Shown: positions 12,896 through 27,161, counted from the stretch's first letter. The stretch is 64,000 nt of DNA from Mizuhopecten yessoensis (GCF_002113885.1 NW_018408726.1:3182642-3246641); one strand, 5' to 3'. A program made the numbers and translations. Notes: a model not told the origin generated them from the letters alone.

Positions 12896-13669
12896 CTCGG
12901 GTATTTTTTATACAGATAGCTCTATCTGAATCCTGTGTCTTAGAATAGATTAATGTAAACAGACGAATTCAAGGCTACGGCTATTGATGCATGCGTTTCA
13001 CGATAAAGACTCAGCAAAATGCTTATTTCGCGCAATTTCTATGAATTTAAAACAAATAATATGCTGTACGTAACACTCGTAAAATAATTACCAACAACTT
13101 TTGAAAGGATTTAATTTCCATTACTACTGCCTGCGTCATGCCGTTACCTCCTTTCTTACAAAACACACATCTTGATTTTGTTTTTCCTGCACCTATGAAT
13201 GGCAAAATGATAAATACAATTTTTAAATAGCATGTCTTACGTGTGTGTTGCGATCCTTACTTTGTGTTGCAATCATCCTGCATTTCAGACAAATGAAACT
13301 ATCCACAACGACGATTATTCCCTTATTCACTTCATATTGTTTGTTTGGCCTTCTTTTGTTCTCACGTAACAGTCCCACATTTTTTTTTTTTTGTATTTCA
13401 GCATAATTTGCTTGTGTTTAAATAATAGATAAAATTACTTATGCCAATTCGAGAGTAAAACAATTCTTAAATATCTTTTAAGGTGATGTCTTATCTACAA
13501 AGCGTAGCTGTACTGTACACGTGCACAGTGATTTGTTGACATGATTCCATAGAAGATAAATCAATAGGTATGTAATTAAAATATCAATAAAATGTACCAT
13601 TGATTTGAAAAATATTTTATTAATAAATTAAGGAAAAAGATTACATGCCTAAATATTAAAACAAAATGA

Positions 13670-13745
13670 ACGTGGATTCGAACTTGCACAGTTCACTCCG
13701 TCTGGTCACAAGTCAACTGCGTTACACATTCGGCTACATGAGACA
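13670..13745 (-). other. tRNA-like relic (SINE head or tRNA pseudogene)
   Basis: Minus strand reads GTAGCCGAATGTGTAACGCAG (A-box-like) ... AGTTCGAATCC (B box). No complete cloverleaf is evident. Confidence 0.35.
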
Positions 13746-14334
13746 TAGACGAAGAGAGGATTACAAACTGTTTTAACCAAAGAAACACACCTGTCGAAGT
13801 TTAAGAAACTCGCTCATCCCTGTTTTTCATCATTTTGAGCACTTTCCCAAAGGAGGACCACTTTTCCGGAATACGATTTGTTTTTTGTATATTATATCAT
13901 GGAATAAAAAAAGTTGGTTCTCGGATGGGAAAGTGTTGAAAGTATTTTGTTAAGTCTGGGAAACCCCATCATTTTCATAGATATAGTGAATATGGCTATA
14001 TTTGCAGTATCATATTAACAATACCTAATATCTCAGCAGTTCAAAAAATCATATTCAATTGGTTTTATATCTATTCTATGCATTTGCGCTGCTAGAACTT
14101 ATTTATTGATTAATATTTTTTCCGCTTTTCATAAATGCCGACTTAGGGAAATATGGGCAGTTTCCCGCCATAGCTCTTTTTGCTTTTGTGTTTATGGAAG
14201 TGGGTATTGCCCTACATGACCGTGATAGGTGACACTAGCGGTGAATGATTAGTGTTCAAGTCATAATTGATTGAACATAAACAGTAACTTATTGGAGTTC
14301 TACAATACGGATGTATACAATAAAATACATATGT

Positions 14335-17300
14335 AAAAACCATCAAAACTTATAGGGAGTGTACGATTAGGTTAAATCAGTACAATAGGGGGATTACAAT
14401 GGGGGTCTCCTATAGGGAGGTCTACCATAACATAAATACATAACAAGGATAAAAACGTGTAGGGAGTGTACGATACGATTTGATCAATACAATAGGGGGA
14501 TTACGTTGGGTTCTCCTATAGGGAGGTCTACCATTATTATTCTCTTTATTTCCTCCAATTTGAAGATTACGTTTAAACAGAATAATGCGCACATATTTAC
14601 ATTACAAAAAAATCATATTGAATACACATAAGCACCAAATAACATACATGACATATACAGACTTAATTACATTGAAGTCATACATTCAATAAATATCATT
14701 AATGAGTGTATATATGATGAGGTAATACATACATCTTTTATCGATTATTTGATTTATATTAATCTTTATCAGGATGTGAGATTATATCTACACACTACCT
14801 GTAGTATAGTTTGTGCATCTTTTCGACAGCTGCTACTGATTTCAATCTAAATTCATTCATGTCTAATACATTTAATTCGTAAGTCAGTTGTCCCCCAATT
14901 AGAATATGAATTAATTTGTGATCTGTCAGAGAGTGTATGTACGCACTCAGCAGAATACCAGTATCACTAATGTTTTGCGATAGAGCACCACAACTTGTCC
15001 CTTAGGTGTTCAGTATAGCTACACTTTAATATAATATGAGTTAATATATCTTGGTAAATAATACCATATCTATGACATATCTCTATGGCTTTACCAGTAC
15101 GAATATTTATTATTAATTTCGTAACATATAATATCGAATCTTTAAACTCCGGGAATTTCATTGCCAGTTTTCATAGTATATGTGGTTGCAATATATTATG
15201 AACCATTACAAATCTGTTAAAATCACTATCATTTGACATTCGCTCTTTCCAATCATGTTCCTCTTTCAACAACACAGATTTATTCACAATTATTTTCCAT
15301 TGCCGTTTTAATGGGAATACACTCATTCGAATATACTTGTTCAACATATTATAAAGATTGAACTTTTTGAAAATTCTCAAAATATCATTTAAAAGTCCAA
15401 AATGGTCACCAGATCTGTTCAGCATTGATGCGTATAGTCTTCTTAAAAATCTACGTGATGACAATGTATTTTTATCTAAATAACACAACCTTCCAAAAAA
15501 CAGCAATTTTCTTATATCTATATAACTTTCTATGGATGTCCATCCTATCAATCCATAGCACATATCAGTACGTGTTTTGTTGCTAAAACATTGAATTGAT
15601 TTTAAAATAAATCTTTGCGCTCTTTCCAACAAAAGTAACTCTTTCTTTGATAAAATCCATAGTTCACAACCATATAGTGCTGACGTATATACAACTTGTT
15701 TGATAAGTTTTCAGGCAGTAACTGGATTTAACGCACAAGGATGTGCACCACTCTTAATTAAACTCATTGTACCACTTTTTAATTTGCTACAAGTACGCAT
15801 TGTACGTTCATATATTTGGAATTTATTATTTAACATTATACCAACGTGAACAATATCTTCCACTTCCGGTATAATATTATCACATAAATAAAAACTAGTA
15901 GCATATTTCACTTTTTTCTTTCTTATTAAAATACATAATCTTACTTTTGGTGTTAGAAAACAAAAATCTCCATTTTTTTACTATAATCTTCACACATCCG
16001 TAGCATATATTGCAAATCAGTATATTTATTGCTTACGAGGCATATATCATCAGCTTGAGTGGGTATATTAACTCTAATGTCGATGATCATTGATCCCTTG
16101 CCACTCTGTTCAATATTTTTCAGCAACATATTAATAAAAACTAAGTACATTTTCGCAGATAATGCGCTCCCTTGTAAAATACCTCTCTCCATGGGTACCC
16201 ATCTTGATTGTAATACATTAAAAATAATGCAACTTTTGACACCAGTATATGTTCCTTTCAGTAATTTCCATACTTTCGAGTTCAAGCCAATTTCATAAAG
16301 TTTGTATAGCAGGCCTGCGTGCCATACCGTAACAAAAGCGTTATTGCTATCTAAAAATCCAACATACACATTATCATCATTTTCTAAGTTATATCTTATA
16401 CATTCCTGTACATTAAATGATGTACATAAACTACATAAACCTTTCTGATAGGCTGCTTGTTGCCTACATGGAAATGTATCTGATTCAAGAATTGAACTTA
16501 TTCTTTCTGATATTAACATTTCAAAAACTTTAAAAATAACTGGTAATAAAGTGATACCTCTGTAATTATTGGGATCATCTTTTGGTTTATTGTTCCCTTT
16601 ATATAACGTAACAATATTTCCTTTCTTCCAATCAGAAGGTATATATTCATTATCTATTACAAGGTTAAATAACCTCGTTAAGTATCTAAATAACTGTTCG
16701 TTCCCATTAATAAGATGCTCGTACACTACTCCATCAAATCTTTACAAATTTTCTCGACTTCTGTAGCAGTGACTTGATTATTTAAAAAAACGTCGCGCTC
16801 GTTGTGTATATTCTTTTCAATATCTCTTACACTTTTTAAAATGGTATCGTAAAACTGTTTGTCGAAAAGATTACACTGAACATCTTTAAAAAGGTTTTCG
16901 GAATGTGTAGCCCAAAACTTCCACTATATCATTAAGTTTGCTGAATGTTTTACCGCCATGTTTTATTTTAGTCTGCGTATAAATAAATCCCATAACAATA
17001 CATAACAAGGATAAAAACGTGTAGGGAGTGTACGATACGATTTGATCAATACAATAGGGGGATTACAATGGGTTCTCCTATAAGGAGGTCTACCATAACA
17101 TAAATACATAACAAGGATAAAAACGTGTAGGGAGTGTACGATACGATTTGAGCAATACAATAGGGGGTTTTCAATGGGGGTCTACTATAGAGAGGTCTTT
17201 CATAAAATACATACATAACAAACATCCCAAATGTAGGGACTGTGCGATAACGTTAAATCAATTCAATATGGGGATTACACTGGGGGTCTCCTATATGGAG

Positions 17301-17340
17301 GTCTACCATATATAATACATAATAAAGTTAAAATTGAGGG
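14335..17340. repeat. ~106-bp tandem repeat split into two blocks (14335-14534 and 16989-17340) by a LINE
   Basis: The same unit (ACATAACAAGGATAAAAACGTGTAGGGAGTGTACGATACG...GGGAGGTCTACCAT) lies on both sides of the LINE. Confidence 0.85.
14535..16988 (-). mobile_element. 5'-truncated, frameshifted non-LTR retrotransposon (RT plus C-terminal region)
   Basis: ORF pieces with IPSDWKKG, PNNYRGITLL, GILQGSALS, QADDICL. AATAAA and an (AAT)n tail lie at the 14535 end. Confidence 0.92.
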
Positions 17341-17343
17341 AAG

Positions 17344-17830
17344 TACTGTATAGCAGTAAACTTTCACGGGGGTTTTAATTTCGCTATATTCGCGCTTTGA
17401 CTAATATCCGCGAATTCTAAACACCAGCGAAATAATCGAAAATGTTAACCACTTTTACGGACCTTACCACAACACGTTGAAAATACTTATAACCTAACGC
17501 TGTAATGCAAGCTTAAATTAACCCAAATCAGATTATCATCGGACAACTGGACAGTCCATGTAAAAACAACATTTACATATAAGTGGCCTAACAGGTACAT
17601 ACACATTTGATTTTCTTTCGAGTGAAGTCACTGGCGGATGACGACGCTCGGGATCAGTGTTTTTCAAACGATTTACATGTATTTCGAGGTTTAACCCTTA
17701 CATGATGACACTCAAACTGCTTTGCTCGACACATGGGTTCGGGTGCACAGCGAAATTTAGACCCCGCGAATATGTACTGAATACGAAACCGCGAAATATT
17801 AACCCCGCGAATTTAAAGCGCTATACAGTA
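17344..17830. mobile_element. MITE / non-autonomous DNA transposon with terminal inverted repeats
   Basis: TACTGTATAGC...CACGGGGGTTTTAATTTCGC at the left end; GCGAAATATTAACCCCGCG...GCTATACAGTA at the right end. TA target. Confidence 0.85.
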
Positions 17831-17899
17831 TACGATAAGGTTGAATCAAAACCGAGGGATAACATATATGATCTAAATTAGCAGGGTATGCAGTAAGAA

Positions 17900-18850
17900 G
17901 TACACAACAAGAGGTCTACAATCGAATGCACGTGATAAGGGTCTACAATGGGAAGTTCATAATAGGGGTCTACAATGGGAGGTACATACTAGGGGAGTCT
18001 TCAATGGGAGACACATATTAGGGGGTCTAAAACGGGAGGTACATAATAGGGGTCTAATATGGGAGGTACATAATAGGGGGTCTTAAATGGGAGGCACATA
18101 ATAGGGGTCTAATATGGGAGGTACATAATAGGGGGTCTACAATGGGAGGTATATTATAGGGGGTCTACAGTGGGAGGTCCACAATAAGAGGTCTACGATA
18201 GACGGTACACCATAGGGGGTCTACATAAGGAGGTCTGCATTAAGGGATCAACGGTAGGAATTAAACATTAGGGTCTACAATAGACGGTACACCATAGGGG
18301 GTCTACATAAGGAGGTACCCCATAGGGGTCTACATTCGGAGGTACACCATAGGGGGTCTACATAAGGAGGTCTGCATAAAGGGATCAACGGTAGGAAGTA
18401 AACATTAGGGTCTACAATAGACGGTACACCATAGGGGGTCTACATAAGGAGGTACACCATAGGAGGTCTACATTCGGAGGTACCCCATAGGGGTCTACAT
18501 TCGGAGGTACACCATAGGGGGTTTACATTCGGAGGTACACCATAGAGGGTCTACATTCGGAGGTACACCATAGGGGGTCTACATTCGGAGGTACACCATA
18601 GAGGGTCTAGATTCGGAGGTACACCATAGGGGGTCTACATTCGGAGGTACACCATAGGGGGTCTACATAAGGAGGTACACCATAGGAGGTCTACATTCGG
18701 AGGTACACCATAGGGGTCTACATTCGGAGGTACACCATATGGGGTCTATATTAGGAGGTACACCATAGGGGGTCTACATTCGGAGGTACACCATAGGGGG
18801 TCTACATTCGGAGGTACACAACAGTATTGTCTTCAATATGGAGTCTACAA
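17900..18850. repeat. G-rich 28-bp minisatellite (GGAGGTACACCATAGGGGGTCTACATTC), degenerate toward the left
   Basis: Period 28 in 18430-18820. Confidence 0.93.
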
Positions 18851-19006
18851 GGGTCGACAATGGAGTTGGCTACAGTAGAGGTGTACACACAGTAATATGT
18901 GTACATCATCGTGCACTCCATGATTTACATATGTCGACTTTGATAAATTATGATGCATTATTGTTAGTTTGTCATCATTTTTGTTTTCTCCTTTTCTCCA
19001 CAACGA

Positions 19007-19152
19007 AAATAACATACAGCATTACAAGTATATAACACATATCAAACGTAAGATTAATAACATACAGCATTACAAGTATATACCACACATCAAACGTAAG
19101 ATTAATAACATACAGCATTACAAGTATATAACACACATCAAACGTAAGATTC
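19007..19152. repeat. 3 x 48-bp tandem repeat
   Basis: AATAACATACAGCATTACAAGTATA...CAAACGTAAGATT repeated three times. Confidence 0.9.
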
Positions 19153-21024
19153 ATCACCAACTGAAAGCAGCAAAGCACACATGTAAGTATGTCAACTAGA
19201 GTGACCTCGGATAAATGCCTGTATAAATATACACTTTATTGGTGCAATGTAAATTAATGATGATGCGTCTTAAAACAGAGCTGTACAATTAACACATCAA
19301 TCAAACGATGTTATGTACACATTTTCCGTTCGAGTTTTATTGCTCATATCTAGGTCTCACAAACGTGAAATATCTGCTTTATCTCTTTTACTGGTTTCGA
19401 ATGGTAATGTATCTTTTGCAATTTCGATACTTTATTATACTTATGAGTCTACGTCATTTACATAATATCAAGAATGCACAGATGTCTCGTCTAAACATGC
19501 GATGATTGAATGTTATGTGAGTCTCGATCCATGAAAACGTATGACATTTACGAGCTTTTGCAATCATACTTTTTACATGATGTTTACTAATATAAGTTTG
19601 CCGTTTGATTTGTAATTGTATTCTATCATTAATAAATTGTAATTATGTAAATGCAACAACATAAACAACAGTACCACAAACCATATAAGACATATGAACT
19701 GTTTCTGTCAGCGACATACATGTATCTATGGAAACTCAATTGTTTGATAAAAATAACCTTCCCATCCTTTTAGACGTTCAAACATTACACTTCATTTTAC
19801 ATTTAGGGCATTCAGACTAAGGCCCTTTACCAAGGAAATAGTCTTTTATCACGAAGCTGTACTATAGTATATTGAATATTATTTTGTAAATTTATTTGAG
19901 TTTGGTACTTCTAATCAAATAAATAGAATAATATCAGTAAGAAAATTTAATTAGTTTGAATATTGAATCACCAATATTTCAATTATTTGCTTTGTTTACT
20001 TTACTAATGGATTCAGGTATGTGTCTAGACGGCTCGACATTACATTTCGAGTGCTCAACATAATATCGCGAGCATCGACATAGAATAAAGTTTACTGCTT
20101 TACTTAAACTATCTCGAGAGCTAGATTAATTGTCAAGCGCTTTACATCTTAAAATAAGGAAATATTTACACTACAATCCGACATAATGAAGAAAAGTTAA
20201 TGAAGAAAGAGCAAAGATGCTGTAGTATATCTCCGTTTATTTGTCCAATATTCTCTAATCAGTTGTAGGATCGATATATACTAGAACTTATATTGCTGTT
20301 TCTTTCTGATTTAACTGACCATGGCGACGTGATGAAAATAAAGAAAAAACAATATCAACTGTATAAGTCAATAAGACGGGATTAGACTTTTACAAAGTTT
20401 GTCAATTTGCTAAATGCTGCCGACCTAAGTATTTTTTTCATGAATAAAAAGTGCATGTTAATTTGAAAAAAAAAATATATATTGTTCTTTAGAATGACAG
20501 AAAGATACTTTTTCACCTTATGAGAGTTGGATAGGAAAATCTTACTGTCGGGACTTTCAAAATTTGGCAAATCCATCGGCAAGTCTTGGATTTTACCAAT
20601 ATGGGAAACCCTTGGTTGCAGTATTCCTATCTTACAACACTGGGCATGACGAAATCTTTTAATTATATTTATTTGTCAACCATTTACGAAGAAAAATAAC
20701 ACCTCTTAAGCTAAATTACCTAATAATAAAGGTAGGTAAATACGGAATCTACTTTTGACATTAAACTCAATCGTGACTGTTCACAATATACTTTAGATTG
20801 ACTATCGAATCAATAACACAACAATGATTCGAACGAGTAATCCAAATACTGTTCACCTCATCCGTCCTATGTGAGTACTAACTCGAAAAGTTTCTGTTTA
20901 ATACTCTTAGTTAAAATATCAGTTTCACCTCACGTCATTACTCACGTGTGTTGGATTTATGCATCCCATTTCAATATGTTATATAAGCGTAAACCATAAC
21001 TATACATCATTAATACAATGTATA

Positions 21025-21236
21025 TAAACTTTATTTATTTTACAACAATTATGAAACAAGTTATGTCAACTTATATTAATCACTCTTGTTGGCCCGGATG
21101 TTAGCGCGCGGGAGGTCTTAGTGTGGGTTTTAACAGGAGTACGAGGAGAAAACCTCATACCTTTTCACATCCGATTGGGGAATCGAACCCCGCCGCCTTG
21201 GTGAAAGGCAAGTGCGCTATCCACTGTACCACCCAA
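21025..21236 (-). mobile_element. tRNA-derived SINE (V/Meta-type core, degenerate)
   Basis: Minus strand: GGTGGTACAGTGGATAGCGC (A box), GGTTCGATTCCC (B box), GGTTTTCTCCTCGTACTCC core, AAATAAATAAAGTTT tail. Confidence 0.75.
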
Positions 21237-21527
21237 ATCTGTCTTCGAAGTTCTCAGAAAGGATCGTTCCAATCGTACACGAAAAAGAGTGTAAAATCAG
21301 CTTTGGATACTAATTGACTGGACACGCAGGTACATGTACGTAAGTGACCTAATTAGGTAAACTGCACCATCAAGGGAAACAGTCGGGGTTATAAATTACA
21401 AACTCTTCACACATTACTTCAACGAAATGAATTCAGAGCAAATGATATATTGTTGTATTATATTAAAAAAAACATACCAAGACGATTGCGCATGGGAACG
21501 AAAGAAGACAGATGTTAGCTAGCGCTG

Positions 21528-21626
21528 CATATTTAAAAGCTCATTAATCACAAATGCATCATTTAAAAGTAGTTATCGTTCAGGAAACAACGAATGAAAC
21601 AAGGCCTCATTGTCTTAGTAACAACG
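21528..21626 (+). other. P1 peptide gene: putative TATA-like box and non-coding exon 1
   Basis: Donor AACG|GTAAGTAC mirrors P3 AACG|GTGAGTAC. ATGCATCAT..CAGGAAA is shared with the P2/P3/P4 5' regions. Confidence 0.5.
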
Positions 21627-22429
21627 GTAAGTACTTTAATTCAAAACTGATTTTTTTTATCTTTAATTCAATCAAGTACGGTTAATTTATTTTTTAAAAG
21701 ATGAATTTTGTTATTTCTTCAATTTCCACTTTTTGTTTAGGTTTTAAATTCCGATTCTGTTTTAATGTGCTTTGACTATAGTAATTTGTGAGTTCCGGTG
21801 TTTAGCTTGTGTACTGACTTCTAGGTACATGCTGCCATCGATTGCTTACGCTAACGACAGTGTATTCAAAACGGGACACTTTTCCTTCGCTTAAATATTG
21901 ATGTACATAAATGTATTTTATACCATAGCATCAATTCCGAAAATGCTTGTTCATTCTCCATAAAAATATATCATCCACTTCTCTTGCTTATTAAAAGTTG
22001 ATATATCCAGAAAATGGTTCTATAAAACAAACGCAAATAGCCATAAGGTTATGTTTACATGTAAATATATCAGAGTAAAATGGGGTTCTGATTTAACTTC
22101 TCCAAATTAACACTTGTAGTGAACAAAATAAGCCTCCTAAAATTATATCTGAATAGATTGCGTCGCATGGCACGTAACTAAATAACGTTCTGTTTTCATT
22201 ATTTTTTCTTATCTTAAACTGTCTGTGTCACCATGATGAACAGTCAATTAAGCCGATAGACAATTAAATTAAAGTAAAATATCATGCAGTAGAACAAATC
22301 ATACATACAAATCCTCTTTGAGTTGCATGCCAATTTCGTTGGCTGCAGGTTTTGATATTGTTTCGTTTCGGGTAAACTGACGTTATGGTACACTGTAGTT
22401 CATAATTCCAGTCTTGTTTTTGAACGTTG

Positions 22430-24085
22430 ACGTTAGTTTCAGTTCTATTTTTAAACGCTGAAATTAGTTTCATTCCTGTGCCTAAGTGCTAACGCTAGTT
22501 CCAGTTCTGTGCCTGAGTGCTAACGCTAGTTCCAGTTCTGTGTCTGATTGCTAACATTAGTTCCAGTTCTGTGTCTGAGTGCTAACGCTAGTTCCAGTTC
22601 TGTACCTGAGTGCTAACTCTAGTTCCAGTTCTGTGTCTGATTGCTAACATTAGTTCCAGTTCTGTGTCTGAGTGCTAGCATTAGTTCCAGTTCTGTGTCT
22701 GAGTGCTAGCATTAGTTCCAGTTCTGTGTCTGAGTGCTAACGCTAGTTCCAGTTCTGTGCCTAAGTGCTAACGCTAGTTCCAGTTCTGTGTCTGAGTGCT
22801 AGCATTAGTTCCAGTTCTGTGTCTGAGTGCTAACGTTAGTTCCAGTTCTGTACCTGAGTTCTAACGCTAGTTCCAGTTATGTACCTAAGTGCTAACGCTA
22901 GTTCCAGTTCTGTGTCTGAGTGCTAATGCTAGTTCCAGTTATGTACCTGAGTGCTAACGCTAGTTCCAGTTCTGTGCCTAAGTGCTAACGCTAGTTCCAG
23001 TTCTGTGTCTGAGTGCTAATGCTAGTTCCAGTTCTGTGTCTGAGTGCTAACGCTAGTTCCAGTTCTGTACCTGAGTTCTAACGCTAGTTCCAGTTCTGTA
23101 CCTGAGTTCTAACGCTAGTTCCAGTTCTGTACCTGAGTTCTAACGCTAGTTCCAGTTATGTACCTAAGTGCTAACGCTAGTTCCAGTTCTGTGTCTGAGT
23201 GCTAATGCTAGTTCCAGTTATGTACCTGAGTGCTAACGCTAGTTCCAGTTCTGTGCCTAAGTGCTAACGCTAGTTCCAGTTCTGTGTCTGAGTGCTAATG
23301 CTAGTTCCAGTTCTGTGTCTGAGTGCTAACGCTAGTTCCAGTTCTGTATCTGAGTTCTAACGCTAGTTCCAGTTCTGTACCTGGGTTCTAACGCTAGTTC
23401 CAGTTCTGTACCTGAGTTCTAACGCTAGTTCCAGTTCTGTACCTGGGTTCTAACGCTAGTACCAGTTCTGTACCTGAGTGCTAACGCTAGTTCCATTTCT
23501 GTACCTGAGTGCTAACGCTAGTTCTAGTTATGTACCTAAGTGCTAACGCTAGTTCCAGTTCTGTTCCTGAGTTCTAACGCTAGTTCCAGTTCTGTGTCTG
23601 AGTGCTAATGCTAGTTCCAGTTCTGTACCTGAGTGCTAACGCTAGTTCCAGTTCTGTGTCTGAGTGCTAACGCTAGTTCCAGTTCTGTGCCTAAGTGCTA
23701 ATGCTAGTTCCAGTTCTGTACATAAGTGCTAACGCTAGTTCCATTTCTGTACCTGAGTTCTAACGCTAGTTCCAGTTATGTACCTAAGTGCTAACGCTAG
23801 TTCCAGTTCTGTACCTGAGTTCTAACGCTAGATCCAGTTATGTACCTAAGTGCTAACGCTAGCTCCAGTTCTGTGCCTAAGTGCAAACGCTAGTTCCAGT
23901 TCTGTACCTGAGTGCTAACGCTAGTTCCAGTTCTGTGCCTGAGTGCTAACGCTAGCTCCAGTTCTAAACCTAAGTGCTAACGCTAGCTCCAGTTCTAAAC
24001 CTAAGTGCTAACGCTAGTTCCAGTTCTGTGCCTAAGTGCAAACGCTAGTTCCAGTTCTGTGCCTGAGCTCTAACGCTAATTCTAG
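22430..24085. repeat. 31-bp minisatellite (GAGTGCTAACGCTAGTTCCAGTTCTGTGTCT) in P1 intron 1
   Basis: Period 31, about 52 units. Confidence 0.97.
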
Positions 24086-24227
24086 CTGTGTGGTTGTGTA
24101 TTGACGGTTAAGTATTTTAAATTTAGGTTGAGTTTTCTATTTGTCTGCTTAGGATTCGGTGTTAAAAAGTTTCACTTCCGTCTTTTAGTGTTGACGCTCA
24201 CATATATTTCCTACTTCACAGAGTAAA

Positions 24228-24310
24228 ATGCTAAAGGTGGAAGTTGTGTTGTTGATAGTAGCAGTGGCGCTCGTATCAGCACATGCCTACTGGTGCAGGC
24301 GTCCCTTTCG
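24228..24310 (+). CDS. P1 secreted peptide exon 2: MLKVEVVLLIVAVALVSAHA-YWCRRPF
   Basis: Acceptor CTTCACAG (24221) and donor GTAAGT. Hydrophobic signal ending AHA, homologous to P2/P3 exon 2. Confidence 0.8.
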
Positions 24311-25324
24311 GTAAGTAGGTACCTCTCAAAAGAATAACCCTTTAATTGATTCTCTTTTAATTGGTGGGTCTCATTGAGTTTCGGCGAATCAAGCAAATTT
24401 ACAGTTGTTTCTTAAAGGGGACTTTCAGATATTCAAAAATTACGATATTACATTTTTTATCGGTTTGAATATGCATTAAGGTAATAATCACTTTACCGGT
24501 TTTTTGGGCATAGGTAGATGTGCACACATATATATTTCATTCAGGCAATTAGCACTTACTGTTGTTTTTTAACATTAATTCTTTTCGGACAGAATTTTAC
24601 AAATGACTAGGAAAAAGAATGTTTCCTGCTAAGTCCTACATATAAAATTTAATAAATATATGCATCTATATATTTTTTTAAATTTATTTATAAGTTTTAA
24701 ACAAGCAATATGATACGTTCCATTTTCACAGAACCTTGTTTACCATTTAGCTGTCGTATGTACAGCTTCCAGTGAAAAGTGAAACACATAATACCTACAT
24801 TATAATTATTGTACATGTATATGCAAATAAAATGTGAATTGATTTAAACGTGCTTTGTGTATATAATCTTGTAAGATAATTAATAAAGATAAGGTAGTGC
24901 ACTCATTTATTGGTACTTTTTGTTCCGCTTGTTATAATAACGGAGATGCTGAGTACCGAAAGGTTCATGTAACACAACCATTATTGTGTTTGTGTGTGAC
25001 GTTTCTATAACTGGTATGCTACGTACTCTGTCTCCATCATCAGACGAAGGACCAGTGAGGCAGCGTATGTACACTAATGTGTTAAATATGAACGAGTTAA
25101 AAATAAATGATTTAGACGCCGATTCGGCAACGCTTTAAAGCATGTGAACACTATACTTGTTTTACATGTACGAATTGACGATTTAATGCGACACACAAAT
25201 TTAGTCAAGCTTTGTTTAAGATAGTAGTTTATGGAAAAAAAGATTTATATGGATAATTGTTGAACTTCGAATATCACCTTCGTTTGCACCTTTTACCAAA
25301 CGTTACATATTTTTCCCACTTGCG

Positions 25325-25505
25325 TACATACGCTTCACTGATCTTTTGTCTGATGGAGGTGACAGTACATACGCTTCACTGATCATTTGTCTGATGGAGG
25401 CGACAGTACATACGCTTCACTGATCATACGCTTCATTGACCATTTGTCTGATGGAGGTGACAGTACATACGCTTCACTGATCATTTGTCTGATGGAGGCG
25501 ACAAT
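25325..25505. repeat. ~41-bp repeat, about 4 copies
   Basis: TACATACGCTTCACTGATCATTTGTCTGATGGAGG(T/C)GACAG. Confidence 0.85.
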
Positions 25506-26156
25506 ACATACCATAACGGTCTTCGAAATGTCACACATAGGTTCTTCACTGGTTGCCCTACATGAACCTTTCTACAATTTATACTCACCGACTTGAAGAA
25601 AATGTTTAGAAAAATGGAGACTCTAAATTTAATTGATTTCGGTTGATTAGTCGATCCAAATATTATTGTTTTTATTGTTGTATGATTTCCCCCACATTTG
25701 GTAAATACGTATATTTTGGCACTGCGCTCCTAACAGCGACATTCATTTATCACAATGAAGATGTAATGGTGCGATCGATTTAAATTATGCTCAAACTTTG
25801 TATATATGCATATTGTGACACATACTGCAGTTTCGGTTAACCTTTTCGACAATGTTCTAGTAGGGCCTTTTTGTTTATTATAGCTAAGACTATGCTGGTG
25901 TAATTTTGCAATGCAAACTTTAGTTAGTTCACTTCATCTATGAGGGGTTGGTTGGATGATTTATGTCATGACAATCCCCCTCCTCCATTACAGTTGTATG
26001 TGGTACCCTTTGTCATTACTTTTTCTTTCTCGGTTAAACGTTTGTACCGGTATATTTGCTACTTTAAGAAGTTTCTGACCGGGTGTTATTACTACTCTAC
26101 AAGACTTTTGATTGCCATGTGTAGATATGCAATAGTTATTTAAAATAATTACCGGA

Positions 26157-26328
26157 CATCTATCTAGGCCGTGTGACACATATGTAAATGATTCTATGAG
26201 ACGAACAGTTTATAAAACTAGTTGAAACTTTATAGACACCTTTATTATCTATCTAGGCCGTGTGACACATATGTAAATGATTCTATGAGACAAGCAGTTT
26301 ATAAAACTAGTTGAAACTGTATAGACAC
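26157..26328. repeat. ~90-bp tandem duplication
   Basis: ATCTATCTAGGCCGTGTGACACATATG...TATAGACAC occurs twice. Confidence 0.85.
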
Positions 26329-27069
26329 GTTTGGTCAATGTGCATGAACAATCATGTACTGAACAATCATGTATTTATGAATAATGTCATATATATAATG
26401 CCTTTTCTAGTATTTTTTTTTTTTAATAAGACGAATGGGCAATATATTTTGTTTTGTGTTGGTGACTGGGATAAAAGTTAATGAGAAAGATGCTTACGCT
26501 AGTTTATCTTGGTTTGAGGAAGGAAATCAACCTTTTTGCAAGATGGCCGACATCGATTAACTTATTATTGGATGAGACAATTACAGTTCTTGCTCGAGTC
26601 CTACTTGTCTTGTTATGTTTATACTTCGTGGATGGGATATATAATCGTCATAGGGGAGATTAGGATATCTGTCTTAAGGTCCTTATTCAATGGTGCTTGT
26701 GTTTTATTATTTGTTTCCCTTTCCTTGAGAGTAATATTAGTAGGGTACTTATATTTGTAATTATGAAAATAGAAGCAATGGCACGGGTTTACAAACTTTA
26801 TGTAGACTATACACTATAACCTTTCATAGAAAAAAAATCTAAAATATTCGTTTTTATTTCAAATGAAATGTACTTTTTCAGTGAAAAGAGTATTACAGTT
26901 TTTTTATCGAAGCTGTGTCGTCGAGCCGTTTAGGACAACTCCTGAACTTATTTCATCACTCATTTCTCGTTTCATCAATCTGAACTAAGTGGAAAATAGT
27001 TTAAAATTTTAATATAGTATTGTAAGAAAACAGTCAACAGTAGTGTTAACTCGTGTATATCTTTTCTAG

Positions 27070-27161
27070 CTCCTTGGGTTGGTGTCCCTCCCCACCACCA
27101 TCGTCCATATCGGAGGGGCCCCATACAAGTGAATGATCCTGTAGGATATCTCAACTTCTAA
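27070..27161 (+). CDS. P1 exon 3 (mature peptide; reading frame uncertain)
   Basis: Acceptor TTTTCTAG, donor at 27180. Phase-1 reading is PWVGVPPHHHRPYRRGPIQVNDPVGYLNF*; phase-2 reading is SLGWCPSPPPSSISEGPHTSE*. Confidence 0.65.
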
